Positions 18,985-28,913 of a stretch of 64,000 nt of DNA are shown piece after piece. Position 1 is the first letter of the stretch. Every line of letters starts with the position of its first letter. Position numbers and translations under genes: made by a program. The notes beneath the pieces were generated by a model. That model did not search any database and was not told the origin of the DNA. It saw nothing but the letters and a program-made list of their open reading frames with translations. The DNA is from an uncultured Fibrobacterota bacterium (GTDB taxonomy: Bacteria; Fibrobacterota; Chitinivibrionia; Chitinivibrionales; FEN-1185), in assembly GCA_963729895.1 (NCBI GenBank), contig CAVSQB010000005.1, positions 256,001 to 320,000 of the forward strand. Reading direction: 5' to 3'.

Positions 18985-20178
18985 TTAGAATAAGAATGTC
19001 TTTACGCCCATAAATACCGACCAGCGGTGAAACACATCGTTCCAATCCGGCCCGCGTGACCAGTCTTCCATAGGCGCCGGATCATAGGCATTGCCGGCCT
19101 GAGCATTTGTCGCGGAAGCGGTCTTCGCATGGATCGGAAGATACGCGGCGATGAATATCGGAAAATTGGACCGCGAGAATTCGAGCCCGTAGCACAATGT
19201 TGCGTTCCATACCTGGTTGTCCGGGTCCGGCGTCGGATCGTACGGCGTCCCGGTTTTCAGCGAAGGAATCCAATCGACTCCGAGCGGGACGGAAAACATC
19301 ACCCCAAAGGAATGAACAAAATCTTCCATCCCTTTATATCCATAGAATGCGGAGGCCATGAGATTGGGCGGCGTATAACCGCCGATATCGCTTTCTCCAT
19401 AGGGTTTGAAATAATAATAGAACCGGTTTTTTTCCGACCCGGTCATCAGGTCTTTTTGCTGTGGGGTAAAATTATAATATTGGTCTTTTCCGTAAAAGTT
19501 GATATTGAAAGGATATGAATAGACAAGGTCAAGCAACACCATGCTTTTGTCCATGTCGATTGTCTTTCCCATATCAAGGGTGAGGCTGTAGACGCCCGAG
19601 CCGAGCTGCAAATTGGTCGGAATATATTTCTGGTCCTTGTCGCCGCCGGTCGTTGCAGTATAGGAACCGGTCGGGACGGAAAGCGTAAAATCGTAGCTAA
19701 GATCGCCCGACGCGCCGAACGCGCCTATATAATCCAGACGAAGATCGCCCATGCCGTTATTAATAATCCCTGTTGTCGGGTCATCGACGGTTGACGTCTG
19801 CAAGGAACCCGTTTTTACCGAAAACGGAACGGTGAGCGCGAGAACCCCCGTGTACGTCGGCTTGATGCTGAAGCGAAGCTCAACGGCCCTCGAATCGGAT
19901 AGTTTGGTCTCGGTCGAAGAATACATTCCCTGGATGTCAAGTAGTCCGCCGGTGAGCTCCCGGCCTATCCATTTTGCCGTGGCGCCTCCGGCGCCGCCAG
20001 ATCCTCCGGCGCCGCAACCGCCGACACAGTCCCACGGCGTTGTTTTGACTATGGCGCGGCTGCTCCGGTCGATGTCGAAATTGTATAGAATGAAAAACAC
20101 GAGCGCCGGCAGGAAAATGCCCAGGAATAAACCCCCCTCAACAGACAAAATCCGCATGTTTTTGCCCCGGCCGTTCAT
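18985..20178 (-). CDS. Hypothetical envelope protein, possibly outer-membrane beta-barrel
   Basis: N-terminal hydrophobic segment; GMGDLRL, LSVPTG motifs; C-terminal VFMGVKTFLF. Confidence 0.6.
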   Translation of the reverse strand: MNGRGKNMRILSVEGGLFLGIFLPALVFFILYNFDIDRSSRAIVKTTPWDCVGGCGAGGSGGAGGATAKWIGRELTGGLLDIQGMYSSTETKLSDSRAVELRFSIKPTYTGVLALTVPFSVKTGSLQTSTVDDPTTGIINNGMGDLRLDYIGAFGASGDLSYDFTLSVPTGSYTATTGGDKDQKYIPTNLQLGSGVYSLTLDMGKTIDMDKSMVLLDLVYSYPFNINFYGKDQYYNFTPQQKDLMTGSEKNRFYYYFKPYGESDIGGYTPPNLMASAFYGYKGMEDFVHSFGVMFSVPLGVDWIPSLKTGTPYDPTPDPDNQVWNATLCYGLEFSRSNFPIFIAAYLPIHAKTASATNAQAGNAYDPAPMEDWSRGPDWNDVFHRWSVFMGVKTFLF

Positions 20179-20180
20179 GG

Positions 20181-21302
20181 TCAGTTCCCTCCTATGTAAA
20201 CATACGGTTTTGAGGTGCTGTTGAATTGAAGAAGGTCGGGCCTGACGTTAAGCAGCAAGGTCTTCGGGGAGGCAATTTGAACAATAAAGCAGTCGTAGAC
20301 AATGGTGTTTGCCGAAGTTGACTTTGTCGCCAATGCGCAGAAGAAATTCGAGGCGTTGGTCCATTTGGGGCATTGCCATTCACCGCTTCCATACGCTGGA
20401 AGAATCTGGCCGACGTTGAAACTGTTCACAAGATTGTTGCCTGTGTCGGCGATCAGCACATACTGATGTTCCACCAGATTGCTTGAGGCCAAAGCGCCCA
20501 TGTTATTCATGTTTTGGATGCCGCCGATATTCAAGAACATCATCCGGCCTGTGAGGAGGTGGTCTAGGGTCATCGAGGGATTGCAGGTCTGCACCCCGCT
20601 GTCAATTGCGAAAAAATGTTGCGAGACGGTATTTACGATATAGGCATTTGCATATCCCGTGCACATATAGGTGCCGTCATACGACATGCCGCCATAAAAA
20701 GGATAGGGAACAATCGAGACCTTCGTTCCTGTTATTTGTCCCGTGGTATCAATGGACACTTTATAGGTATGCTTCGTTGTCAGCGTGGAATAATCGACAT
20801 GGAGAATATCCGTGGTGTCTGCATAGATAATGTACACATTGTTCAGATTGTCTTCATAAAAATGAGGATCGCTGCCGGGATCATCGATTAAATTCGGCAC
20901 CGCACCGGTATCAAGCTTCTGGCAATAGGCGGCCGCATGCTTGCTGTTATTGGGATCAACAAGGTAATAGGCAACGAGCGCTCCATTAGGAGAGATTATC
21001 GGGCACCAAACGGCCCAATCCTGCTTGTCGCTCGGCCTCTTGAGCAATTGAGGAGTAACCAATGAATCGCTGAAATCGACAAAGTACAATAGTTGAGTTC
21101 CGCCGGCTATCTGTTTCGTATATGCCAATTTGACATTTTGCGTACCCACAAACGCCTTAAGGGTGTCTTTGGAAACAAATGCATTTGGCGGCGGCGGAGG
21201 CACCGGAGTTAGGAATTGCACCGGTTTGTACGGCCAGTTCTCGCAGGACCACAGCAGAAGGCCGGCAGCAACAATGGCGACAAATGAGAGAATGGTTCTC
21301 AT
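20181..21302 (-). CDS. Lipoprotein, TolB-like propeller family (paralog of 21750 and 25870 ORFs)
   Basis: Lipobox LWSC; LYFVDFS, PIISPNG, YGGMSYDG, CNPS. Confidence 0.75.
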   Translation of the reverse strand: MRTILSFVAIVAAGLLLWSCENWPYKPVQFLTPVPPPPPNAFVSKDTLKAFVGTQNVKLAYTKQIAGGTQLLYFVDFSDSLVTPQLLKRPSDKQDWAVWCPIISPNGALVAYYLVDPNNSKHAAAYCQKLDTGAVPNLIDDPGSDPHFYEDNLNNVYIIYADTTDILHVDYSTLTTKHTYKVSIDTTGQITGTKVSIVPYPFYGGMSYDGTYMCTGYANAYIVNTVSQHFFAIDSGVQTCNPSMTLDHLLTGRMMFLNIGGIQNMNNMGALASSNLVEHQYVLIADTGNNLVNSFNVGQILPAYGSGEWQCPKWTNASNFFCALATKSTSANTIVYDCFIVQIASPKTLLLNVRPDLLQFNSTSKPYVYIGGN

Positions 21303-21664
21303 GGGTACGTTTTTCCAATCAATTCAATGGGCCGTGCGGATTCCAGCACTGTCCCCGGCATGCAACCGCTTAAAATAATTGATTGCCTTCAACCATTCGT
21401 ATAACAAACGATTCGGGCCCACCCGGTACCGGAATCTTGCCGCGATCCCAAATTTTTTTACGTGAATAATCTATAATATTTTTTGCAAAACAACCGAGTC
21501 TTTTTTCTTCCTGACGGTAAGAGAGAAAAGTTAAGCTTTATGCAACCTATCTTCTTGATTCACAAAATCAAACCGGAGCAGTCAAATTGGTAAATTTTTC
21601 ACTGTTAGGAAGGGGTAAGGTAAGAAGAGGGGTGTACGTCCTTTACAAACCCGGCATGGATTTC

Positions 21665-21700
21665 TGCTCAACCCAGGCGCGAGCCTGCCTGGGTTGAGCA
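21665..21700. terminator. Perfect 14-bp stem hairpin downstream of the 21750 ORF
   Basis: tgctcaacccaggc N8 gcctgggttgagca; no clear U-tract. Confidence 0.5.
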
Positions 21701-21749
21701 GCTTCCCGCAAAACCAGGGACGCAATTGAGTCGAGTGGCATTTTCCACC

Positions 21750-23249
21750 TTACCTGACGTTCATCCACCGAATTACCTGCCGCTCGCCGCCATCACCGAT
21801 ACTCACAACAAAATAAATTCCCGATTTCAAGCCATGAAGTTTTTCCCGTATGAACGCCGGAGAATTCTGCGCACTGCTAATGCTGGCAAGTTTCCGGCCT
21901 GCCGGCGAATAAATGACAATTTCCGCACGCGACGACACTATGGACCCCGGCACGGAATGCAAGGCAGGCTTGAACGGGTTGATAACCCCCAGTCCGGCAC
22001 GCTGCCAGATAGTTTCTTTGAGCCAAGTGGTATCTTCCTGAAATGCATCCGGCACTTGAACCCAGACCCATGGATTGTCAAAAGAGACTGCGGAATTGGA
22101 AGTGTTTGCAGTGTCGGTGCTCTCAATGAGTTTCACATAAAGGGAATCTTTCAGATCGACAAGATATATCGACTCGGTATTGTGGGTTTGCTTCCAGGCA
22201 CCACCCACAAGCCATTCCCTGTCTACTTGCAGGCCTGAAACGGCATAGTACGGATGGTTCGACCATTCAGGGTTGTTCCACTCCTTTTCGTATGCTTCAC
22301 CAATTCCCTTCGTCGAGTCTACGGGCATAATCGTTCTGTCGGCAGGGGTGTTGTAGACCCTCAGGTCTTGGGCGTCATATCGGGAAATAAACAGCAGTTG
22401 ATGCTCTCCCCACGTCCCGAGAATCGGGTGAAAGCAATGTGCGGCCGTGAGGGCTGCCGAAGAAAAATCGTAATACAGCATGGTATTCGTGAAAATCCTG
22501 CTTGCGGAACGCGAAGGGTTGCATGCGCCGACCGTGACAGTTGTAAAAGCATCTGTGCTGTCTTTTTCCACCACCATGGTGTGAATCGGCTGGGGCAACC
22601 CGGTATTGCCCTGCAAGTCGAGCATGAAGGCGTTTGGTCCGCCGTCCCAGGCGGTATTCAAGTACCGGTTGTCCCACGAAAGTCCGCCGTAGTAGCTTCC
22701 TTGGCTACAAACAACGTCCGCCGGGCCTGGGACTTGGTTGACGATCTTCCTCTTTAACGTCTGCCCGCCCGTATAACAGAGCTGTTGGGGGCATGCAAGG
22801 CTTGTCGCATAGACGATTTCCGGCGTGTCAGGCGAGGTGTTTTGCACGAATCTGGGGACATACGCGGTGTCCGCCACTTTAACAGGTGTGCCGGCCACAG
22901 CCATCGGCCGGATCCAGGAAGTTGCCATTGCCGTGTCTGAAGACGGGAATTCGGCGTCAGTGCCGGTCTGATACGCTATCCAATTGCCATCCGAAGAAAT
23001 GACGGGCAGGTACGCCGGACCGGTAATGTTCATTTTCGAAATCTGCGGCGTTGTTGCGGAGAAATCCACAAAGTAAAGGGAGTCCTGGCATGCAAAGACG
23101 ACCTTTACGTTTGCGGTACCGCAGAGGGAAGTAATCTGGCTTTGGGAGGCGGTTATCCGCGCTTTGATTTGGGCATGCGAGTATGTGATGGCACAAATAA
23201 GGATCGTAACAAGAACGTATGGAAGACGAAACGTTGTTTTCCTATTCAT
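21750..23249 (-). CDS. Secreted propeller-like protein with T9SS-like C-terminal domain
   Basis: Signal peptide from ATG 23249; LYFVDFS, ISSDGNWIAY, YGGLSWDNRYL, CNPSRS, WSNHPYY; tail YSPAGRKL...SGIYFV. Confidence 0.8.
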   Translation of the reverse strand: MNRKTTFRLPYVLVTILICAITYSHAQIKARITASQSQITSLCGTANVKVVFACQDSLYFVDFSATTPQISKMNITGPAYLPVISSDGNWIAYQTGTDAEFPSSDTAMATSWIRPMAVAGTPVKVADTAYVPRFVQNTSPDTPEIVYATSLACPQQLCYTGGQTLKRKIVNQVPGPADVVCSQGSYYGGLSWDNRYLNTAWDGGPNAFMLDLQGNTGLPQPIHTMVVEKDSTDAFTTVTVGACNPSRSASRIFTNTMLYYDFSSAALTAAHCFHPILGTWGEHQLLFISRYDAQDLRVYNTPADRTIMPVDSTKGIGEAYEKEWNNPEWSNHPYYAVSGLQVDREWLVGGAWKQTHNTESIYLVDLKDSLYVKLIESTDTANTSNSAVSFDNPWVWVQVPDAFQEDTTWLKETIWQRAGLGVINPFKPALHSVPGSIVSSRAEIVIYSPAGRKLASISSAQNSPAFIREKLHGLKSGIYFVVSIGDGGERQVIRWMNVR

Positions 23250-23302
23250 TTCCCGCTCCCTAAAAAAAACATTTTGAACAAAGTCCACAATCGCGATCCC
23301 CA

Positions 23303-23333
23303 AAAAAACCGCCGCCCAGGGCGGCGGTTTTTT
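23303..23333. terminator. Bidirectional rho-independent terminator
   Basis: aaaaaaccgccgccc-a-gggcggcggtttttt. Confidence 0.85.
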
Positions 23334-23356
23334 GCCGGGCTATCACAATTCCCCGT

Positions 23357-24094
23357 CTACGGATTCTTGATCCGGAAATAACAATCCGAATAATCCATGA
23401 TTCCGGGACTGTTGTAATTGGAGATTTCAATCAAGCATGAATCGGTCACGCTGCTGACCATAGTCATGCCCTGTTGCATGGAATCCGTAATGGTAAAGAT
23501 TAAAGTATCGACAGCGGAGTTCCCTTGCATGTATTTAGTCAATGGGCCGGACGGCGGCATCAATTCGTACCGCCCGATAAGGATAGTAAACAATGCTGAA
23601 CCCGAAAGTTTGGACGCTACTAAAACCGTACATTGATCGCCGACATGAAACGTCTCACCGCCGTTGGGAGAAATGATCCGGTACACCGTATCAGACGGAT
23701 CCGGAGGATAAGGACAACCGGTTGTCACCATGAGCGTTGCAGCGGCTGACGTTACGCTCCCCCCCGAGTTTTTGACAACAACGTCGTAGGCGCCTGCGTC
23801 AGTAAGCGCAACTGAAGCGATGGCATAGCTTGCGCTTGTCGCGCCAATAATAATTATGCCATCCTTCCGCCACTGATAGGTGGGCGCAGGATCTCCATTT
23901 GCCGCAACCGTGAAGGCTACGGATTGGCCTACGGTTATTGTCTGCGACACCGGCTGCGTGGTGATCGCAGGGGCCGACACCGGATTCGTCGGCGACTTGT
24001 TGCAGCAGCAAAAAATGCCCAGGAGAAAAACGCCGGCAAAGAAGGGGCGCCGACTTACGGCGCCCCTTCCAAAGGCAAAGACATTACTTGACAT
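23357..24094 (-). CDS. Lipoprotein with Ig (I-set) domain
   Basis: Cys-containing signal end; APAITTQPVSQT...PTYQWRKDG...DAGAYDVVVKN; C-terminal IISPNGGE module. Confidence 0.8.
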   Translation of the reverse strand: MSSNVFAFGRGAVSRRPFFAGVFLLGIFCCCNKSPTNPVSAPAITTQPVSQTITVGQSVAFTVAANGDPAPTYQWRKDGIIIIGATSASYAIASVALTDAGAYDVVVKNSGGSVTSAAATLMVTTGCPYPPDPSDTVYRIISPNGGETFHVGDQCTVLVASKLSGSALFTILIGRYELMPPSGPLTKYMQGNSAVDTLIFTITDSMQQGMTMVSSVTDSCLIEISNYNSPGIMDYSDCYFRIKNP

Positions 24095-24133
24095 CAAACT
24101 ACCCCCTCAGCGGAAGAAATAATACGCGATGCA

Positions 24134-25540
24134 TCAATAGTTGCCGACAACCATGCGCTTCATGACTCCGTTCGGGGTCACGGAATAATAAATACCCGCG
24201 GGAAGTTTCAGCGCTGTCGTGGTTCTTAACACGATGCGACCTCTCACATCAACAATATAGGTGGCCTGAGACGGAACGGCGCCGTACTCCAAACGACTCC
24301 CGTGCAACGGTGTAATGGTTCCAACGCTGGTCGTATCGATCCAGACGGCCGGAAACTCCAGGAGCGTACTGTGACTCACCGGAGTCAGCGGCCTCAGAAT
24401 TCTGGTCCACGTGTTGTCAGGATAGTGAACAAGCCAGATCGCGCCGGTGTCGGGACAAGCCTTGCGGATATTTATTGAATCTGCGGGTAAATTATAATTA
24501 GCCAATTGCAGGCTTCCAACGATGTATTCGTTATTATTAGTAAAACTCCAACGTCCAAAATCAGCCCCATAGTCGCTGTATAAAGGAATCCCGTCAAGAG
24601 TATCGTTGGGAAGGTAACTGAAAAATCGTTTAGGCGCCCAATTTATACTGACAGCTTCCGTCTTTACAAGGGTAGCAACCCATGGGACAGGGGTGGCAGT
24701 TTGTTCTTGAAATGGGACCAGCGTGAGCGAATGGTGACGAAAATTGCACGTTTGATCCGCCAGGCAGAGACACCACGATGCATATCCGGAATTGTAGCCT
24801 CCAATAGCTCCGTCATGAGATATTACACACATACAACCAGCCACCTGCTGCGTGGTCGGCACCCATAAATTGGCATCGGTAGCATTGCCGGTCGCGGGAA
24901 TAGTGGCCATACGGGGACAATCATAGCCAGCGGTATTTATTCGTGCAAAAAAATGGTTGGCTGCAATTCCAAAAGTAAACGATATTTGGCCGCCAAAATG
25001 AGCGACTAGTTGATCGGTACCAAAGGTAGGCGCCGCATTGGCGCTGAATGTTACGGGAACTGCATGCACATCTGCATCTCCGTTGGCTCTATAGGCAACT
25101 TCCACTTTTTTATTGGTGGGAGTACTTCCCGGGGCATCATACCAGAACGAACAAACACCAAAGCCGGGGCCCGGGCCGCCGCCGAGGCTCACAACAGGCA
25201 CCTGTGTTTTAAATTGACCATCGATACGGATGATATAAAGCTTACCGCCCCCGTAATAGAGGACCCACTGGCCATCTTCGGTTATTGCCGCGCTCGCGCA
25301 ATTGCCGTCACCGGCGGTGTTTGGAATAGGCGTTGCATTAAGTGATCCTAAGGGAGCTGTTACCAGACCGGCCCCGGAATAAAAACAAGACACTACCGTT
25401 CCCTTGACAGGGAGCGTGTACCCGGAATCTACATAGGTGGCATTGCACACCTTGTGGACAAAAACCGGACACTGCGCCGAAGCCATGCCGACACACAAAA
25501 GAAAAGCCGCCGCCAACCGATACGTGTAAATCCGCCTCAT
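24134..25540 (-). CDS. Secreted hypothetical protein with T9SS-like C-terminal domain
   Basis: Signal peptide ...MASAQ; ITEDGQWVLY, ISHDG; tail DVRGRIV...LPAGIYY. Confidence 0.75.
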   Translation of the reverse strand: MRRIYTYRLAAAFLLCVGMASAQCPVFVHKVCNATYVDSGYTLPVKGTVVSCFYSGAGLVTAPLGSLNATPIPNTAGDGNCASAAITEDGQWVLYYGGGKLYIIRIDGQFKTQVPVVSLGGGPGPGFGVCSFWYDAPGSTPTNKKVEVAYRANGDADVHAVPVTFSANAAPTFGTDQLVAHFGGQISFTFGIAANHFFARINTAGYDCPRMATIPATGNATDANLWVPTTQQVAGCMCVISHDGAIGGYNSGYASWCLCLADQTCNFRHHSLTLVPFQEQTATPVPWVATLVKTEAVSINWAPKRFFSYLPNDTLDGIPLYSDYGADFGRWSFTNNNEYIVGSLQLANYNLPADSINIRKACPDTGAIWLVHYPDNTWTRILRPLTPVSHSTLLEFPAVWIDTTSVGTITPLHGSRLEYGAVPSQATYIVDVRGRIVLRTTTALKLPAGIYYSVTPNGVMKRMVVGNY

Positions 25541-25681
25541 GTTTGATCCCCCCCCTTGGCTTTTGTTAATCGGTTCACTATCCTCGCATTACCTTAACAT
25601 TCCATTCGCTGTCCCGTGGATGGATACTGATAATATGAAAACACGGACATTTTCTTGATTCAAGATTATGCGTTCACACGA

Positions 25682-25708
25682 ATTGTTCGTTAATGTGTAA
25701 CGAACAAT
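25682..25708. promoter_or_regulatory. Perfect palindrome, candidate operator
   Basis: ATTGTTCGTTA-N5-TAACGAACAAT in AT-rich region upstream of the 24134-25540 gene. Confidence 0.55.
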
Positions 25709-25869
25709 GATCACCCCGCATTCCTGAACCGCGCTGCAAACGATACCTATTAATAATATACAGTTTTCGGGAAGGTTTGTTGGAAAAAAAAGATGCGGGA
25801 CGAACTTTTCGTACTCAACATGAATACTTAACGACAAGAACAGACTGTTCAGGCAATTACTAAGCGCCT

Positions 25870-27342
25870 TCACCTGGCAACGAAACGAACAAGATGCATC
25901 TTCGATGTCTTCAGTTCCAGCAGGTAAACTCCCGGGGCGAACATACCATGCAGCGACAATTTGACTGTGGGATCGCTCAACGATTTCTGCAAAATCAGCC
26001 GGCCACGGAGGTCGAAGCACCGCAGTTCCCGAATGGGTTGGATGCTCAGAATAGTTTCGCCGTGAAGCTTGAGGACGTCGCCCGCCGGGTAGAAAGCCTG
26101 CCGGTTCCTTGCCGCGTTGTTCTGAGCGCCGGGAAGCAGCCAGCTGGAATCTTCGGTAAAGGAAGACGGCACTTCCACCCACAAACTGGGCCATTGCAGG
26201 TTCGTGGTTGACGCAAGTGAATTGTCCATTGATTCCACCAACTTGAGGAACGCCGACGTCTTCAGGTTGATTGCGTACACGTCTTCGCACAGAGCTGTGG
26301 TTGCATATCCCTGCCCGCTTGGAAAGTACCGTGAGGTTATGTTGGCTGCCACTCCGAAATACGGGTGATTGACCGACCATTCGTTATAAGTCCACACGCA
26401 GCCGGAAACGTTTGCGCGGGCAATGGGCCACAGCGAATCGGGAAAATCGTACCATCGAAGTACCTGGCCGGCCGACGATTCCACAAAGATTCTTTGGTGA
26501 AATCCCCACGGGCCAAGAGAAGGGACAACATATCCTTGCGGCAACCCGAAGTCCAGATACATCATGACATTGGTGAAAATGCGGCTCGAAGATATTGACC
26601 CGTTGCACGACTGAATATTGAGAACAGTGTCCCGGTGGGTAGCCGTGTCTGTGCACGGCAGCGAGTGAAGGGCGTAAACGGTTCCGGTGCGCAGATCGGC
26701 CATCCTGGGATTTGGCTCAAACATTGTTGTCCCCAGGTAACGCCGGTCGTATGACAATCCCGCATGGAAACTGCCTCCGGCGTAGAGGACCGATTCCGTT
26801 GAATCCGGGACCGAAGCGTGTATGTTCTTTAAAACGGTTTTTCCAAGACCGTTCCAGTCCCCGGCTTGCCATGTTGTAGAGTAGAGAACCTGCATGGAAT
26901 CCGTTCTCTTGACAAAACGCGGCTCGTTCGCATGGCCGCTTGTTACAAGCACGGGCCGGGCGGTTTCCAAAAGGCCGCATAACCACGTGGAAACTCCCGA
27001 GCCGCCTTCGGTGCCGGTGGTGTAGGCGACCCATGCGCCGTCAAACGAAAGGCTCTGGTTCCGCGCTCCCAGCGTGGCCGCGATTTTGTGGACCGCCGGC
27101 CCCGAAGAACCTGTGTCCGAAAAGTCCACATAATAGAGATACATGTCAGCAGAATCGAGGCCTCCCGCAAAAACGAGCCTCACCTTTGCAGTACCGAAGA
27201 AATTGGAAATTTGTTGAGGGTTCGCCATTATCGCAACTTGAATATCCGCGGCCGAACGCCGGCAGAACATCAGCAGTATTGCAACCGCCGCCGGCCATAG
27301 CGGGCTGCGTAAGACGGCTGCAAACAGGTGAGGGCGTTGCAT
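25870..27342 (-). CDS. Secreted propeller-like protein with T9SS-like C-terminal domain (paralog of 21750 ORF)
   Basis: LYYVDFS, LSFDGAWVAY, AGLSYDRRYL, SSRIFTNVMMYLDF, WSVNHPYF; tail FDLRGRLI...APGVYLL. Confidence 0.8.
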   Translation of the reverse strand: MQRPHLFAAVLRSPLWPAAVAILLMFCRRSAADIQVAIMANPQQISNFFGTAKVRLVFAGGLDSADMYLYYVDFSDTGSSGPAVHKIAATLGARNQSLSFDGAWVAYTTGTEGGSGVSTWLCGLLETARPVLVTSGHANEPRFVKRTDSMQVLYSTTWQAGDWNGLGKTVLKNIHASVPDSTESVLYAGGSFHAGLSYDRRYLGTTMFEPNPRMADLRTGTVYALHSLPCTDTATHRDTVLNIQSCNGSISSSRIFTNVMMYLDFGLPQGYVVPSLGPWGFHQRIFVESSAGQVLRWYDFPDSLWPIARANVSGCVWTYNEWSVNHPYFGVAANITSRYFPSGQGYATTALCEDVYAINLKTSAFLKLVESMDNSLASTTNLQWPSLWVEVPSSFTEDSSWLLPGAQNNAARNRQAFYPAGDVLKLHGETILSIQPIRELRCFDLRGRLILQKSLSDPTVKLSLHGMFAPGVYLLELKTSKMHLVRFVAR

Positions 27343-27427
27343 TCAAACCTCCCGGTGGTGCAAAATAAATCACACCCAAAAGAAACGGTCCCGGAATCGT
27401 CGTGGTAAGTTATTTTCGTACCATCTT

Positions 27428-28210
27428 ATGAGCGCCGACATTCCTTCAAAGAAACAAATCGCCGCGGCCTTTTCCATAAAGGCAAGCGGGTACAGGTCGG
27501 GAGCGTTTATTCAGCATCAGATACTCTGCAGGCTTGTTCCGCTTATCGAAACTGCCGGCGTGTTCGGCCTTCCCTGGCTTGATGCGGGGTGCGGTGCCGG
27601 CTCCCTTGACGGCCTGCTCGAGAACAAGAATGTTTCCGTGAACCTCATACGGACCGATTTTGCGTTTGGTGTGCTCCGGTCGCCGCATAGCGGGCAGGAT
27701 CACCGGTCGCCGGCGGTCCAATCCGACATCGAGGCGCTGCCGTTCGGGTCCTGTTTGTTCGGCGGGGTAGTTGCGTCGTCGGTTCTTCAATGGCTTCCTC
27801 GGCAGGACCTGGGGCTTCGAGAGATACACCGGGTGCTTGTCCCGGGTGGCGCCCTGATATTCTCCGTGTTCCTCAGCGGCTCGTTTTGCCAGGTTTTCTG
27901 GTTGCGTGAGGAGAGGAACCTGGGCATTCCGGTTCACCTGCTATCGCCGGATGAATTCGTATGTCAGACACGAGCATCTTCTTTGTCGCTCCTGCAGCTC
28001 GAAACGTTTGAGCAAGAATACTATTTTCCTTCTGCGCTCGGCGTCATGAAATTTCTGAGCGGCATCGGGAGCACTGCGGTTTCGGGAAGGCGGCTCCTTC
28101 GGCAAGAGATAGCGGCATTGTGTGGCGAATACGAAGAAAAGTTCGCTACCGCGCGTGGCGTTCCCCTTACGGTGTACGTTGCGTACGGAACGGCAGTAAA
28201 GGTCGGGTAG
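27428..28210 (+). CDS. bioC: Malonyl-ACP O-methyltransferase
   Basis: K.QIAAAFS N-terminus, LDAGCGAG SAM motif, SSVLQW; first gene of bio cluster. Confidence 0.85.
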   Translation: MSADIPSKKQIAAAFSIKASGYRSGAFIQHQILCRLVPLIETAGVFGLPWLDAGCGAGSLDGLLENKNVSVNLIRTDFAFGVLRSPHSGQDHRSPAVQSDIEALPFGSCLFGGVVASSVLQWLPRQDLGLREIHRVLVPGGALIFSVFLSGSFCQVFWLREERNLGIPVHLLSPDEFVCQTRASSLSLLQLETFEQEYYFPSALGVMKFLSGIGSTAVSGRRLLRQEIAALCGEYEEKFATARGVPLTVYVAYGTAVKVG

Positions 28211-28214
28211 CATC

Positions 28215-28913
28215 ATGAAAAGCAGGGCGAAAGGATTCTTTGTGACCGGCACCGGCACAAACGTGGGGAAAACGTATGTGAGCCGGGTGCTTGCGGAGGG
28301 ACTTTCCCGCAGGGGGCCCGTTTCGTACATGAAACCCGTGCACACCGGAGTTGCAAAGCGGAAGAGCGCGCTGATGTTCGCTCCCGATTTCGAGTATGTC
28401 AAGAAGAGCGGAGTCTTGGTCACGTGCGAACGTCGGTTGCACGTGCCGTATTGCTTTGCGCGCGCGTGTTCGCCGCATCTGGCGGCCATGCTCGCCCGCA
28501 CAACCATTTCACTGCCGCACATCGTCGCGTGTTTTGACAAAATAGGAAGCCTGCCCGGCATGGAGAACGGCTGCATCGTGGTGGAAGGAGCGGGCGGCGT
28601 GCTCGTGCCGCTGGGCCCCTCGGAGTCGATGATCCATCTGATGCGGCGCCTCGGCATTCCGGCCATTGTCGTCACAATGCCTTGCCTCGGCACGCTCAAC
28701 CATACGTTTCTCACCATGTGCGCACTTGCCAGCGCCGATGTTGAGGTCGCCGGCCTGATCGTCAACAACCGGCACAATTGCCGCGAGGACTATGTGTACC
28801 GGGACAACGTGAAAACGATTCGCCAGTTCGCAGGCGGCATTCCGGTGGCGGAACTTGGACACGGCAGGGGCCGCGCCGCCTTGAGGGAGTTTTGCGATGA
28901 CATCGTCCGATAG
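28215..28913 (+). CDS. bioD: Dethiobiotin synthase
   Basis: FVTGTGTNVGKT, KPVHTG, SPHLAA, VEGAGG, LGTLNHT. Confidence 0.95.
   Translation: MKSRAKGFFVTGTGTNVGKTYVSRVLAEGLSRRGPVSYMKPVHTGVAKRKSALMFAPDFEYVKKSGVLVTCERRLHVPYCFARACSPHLAAMLARTTISLPHIVACFDKIGSLPGMENGCIVVEGAGGVLVPLGPSESMIHLMRRLGIPAIVVTMPCLGTLNHTFLTMCALASADVEVAGLIVNNRHNCREDYVYRDNVKTIRQFAGGIPVAELGHGRGRAALREFCDDIVR

Noticed and set aside
25589..26380. 263-aa minus-strand ORF
   Set aside because: Out-of-frame overlap with the 25870-27342 gene, running into AT-rich intergenic DNA; no motifs
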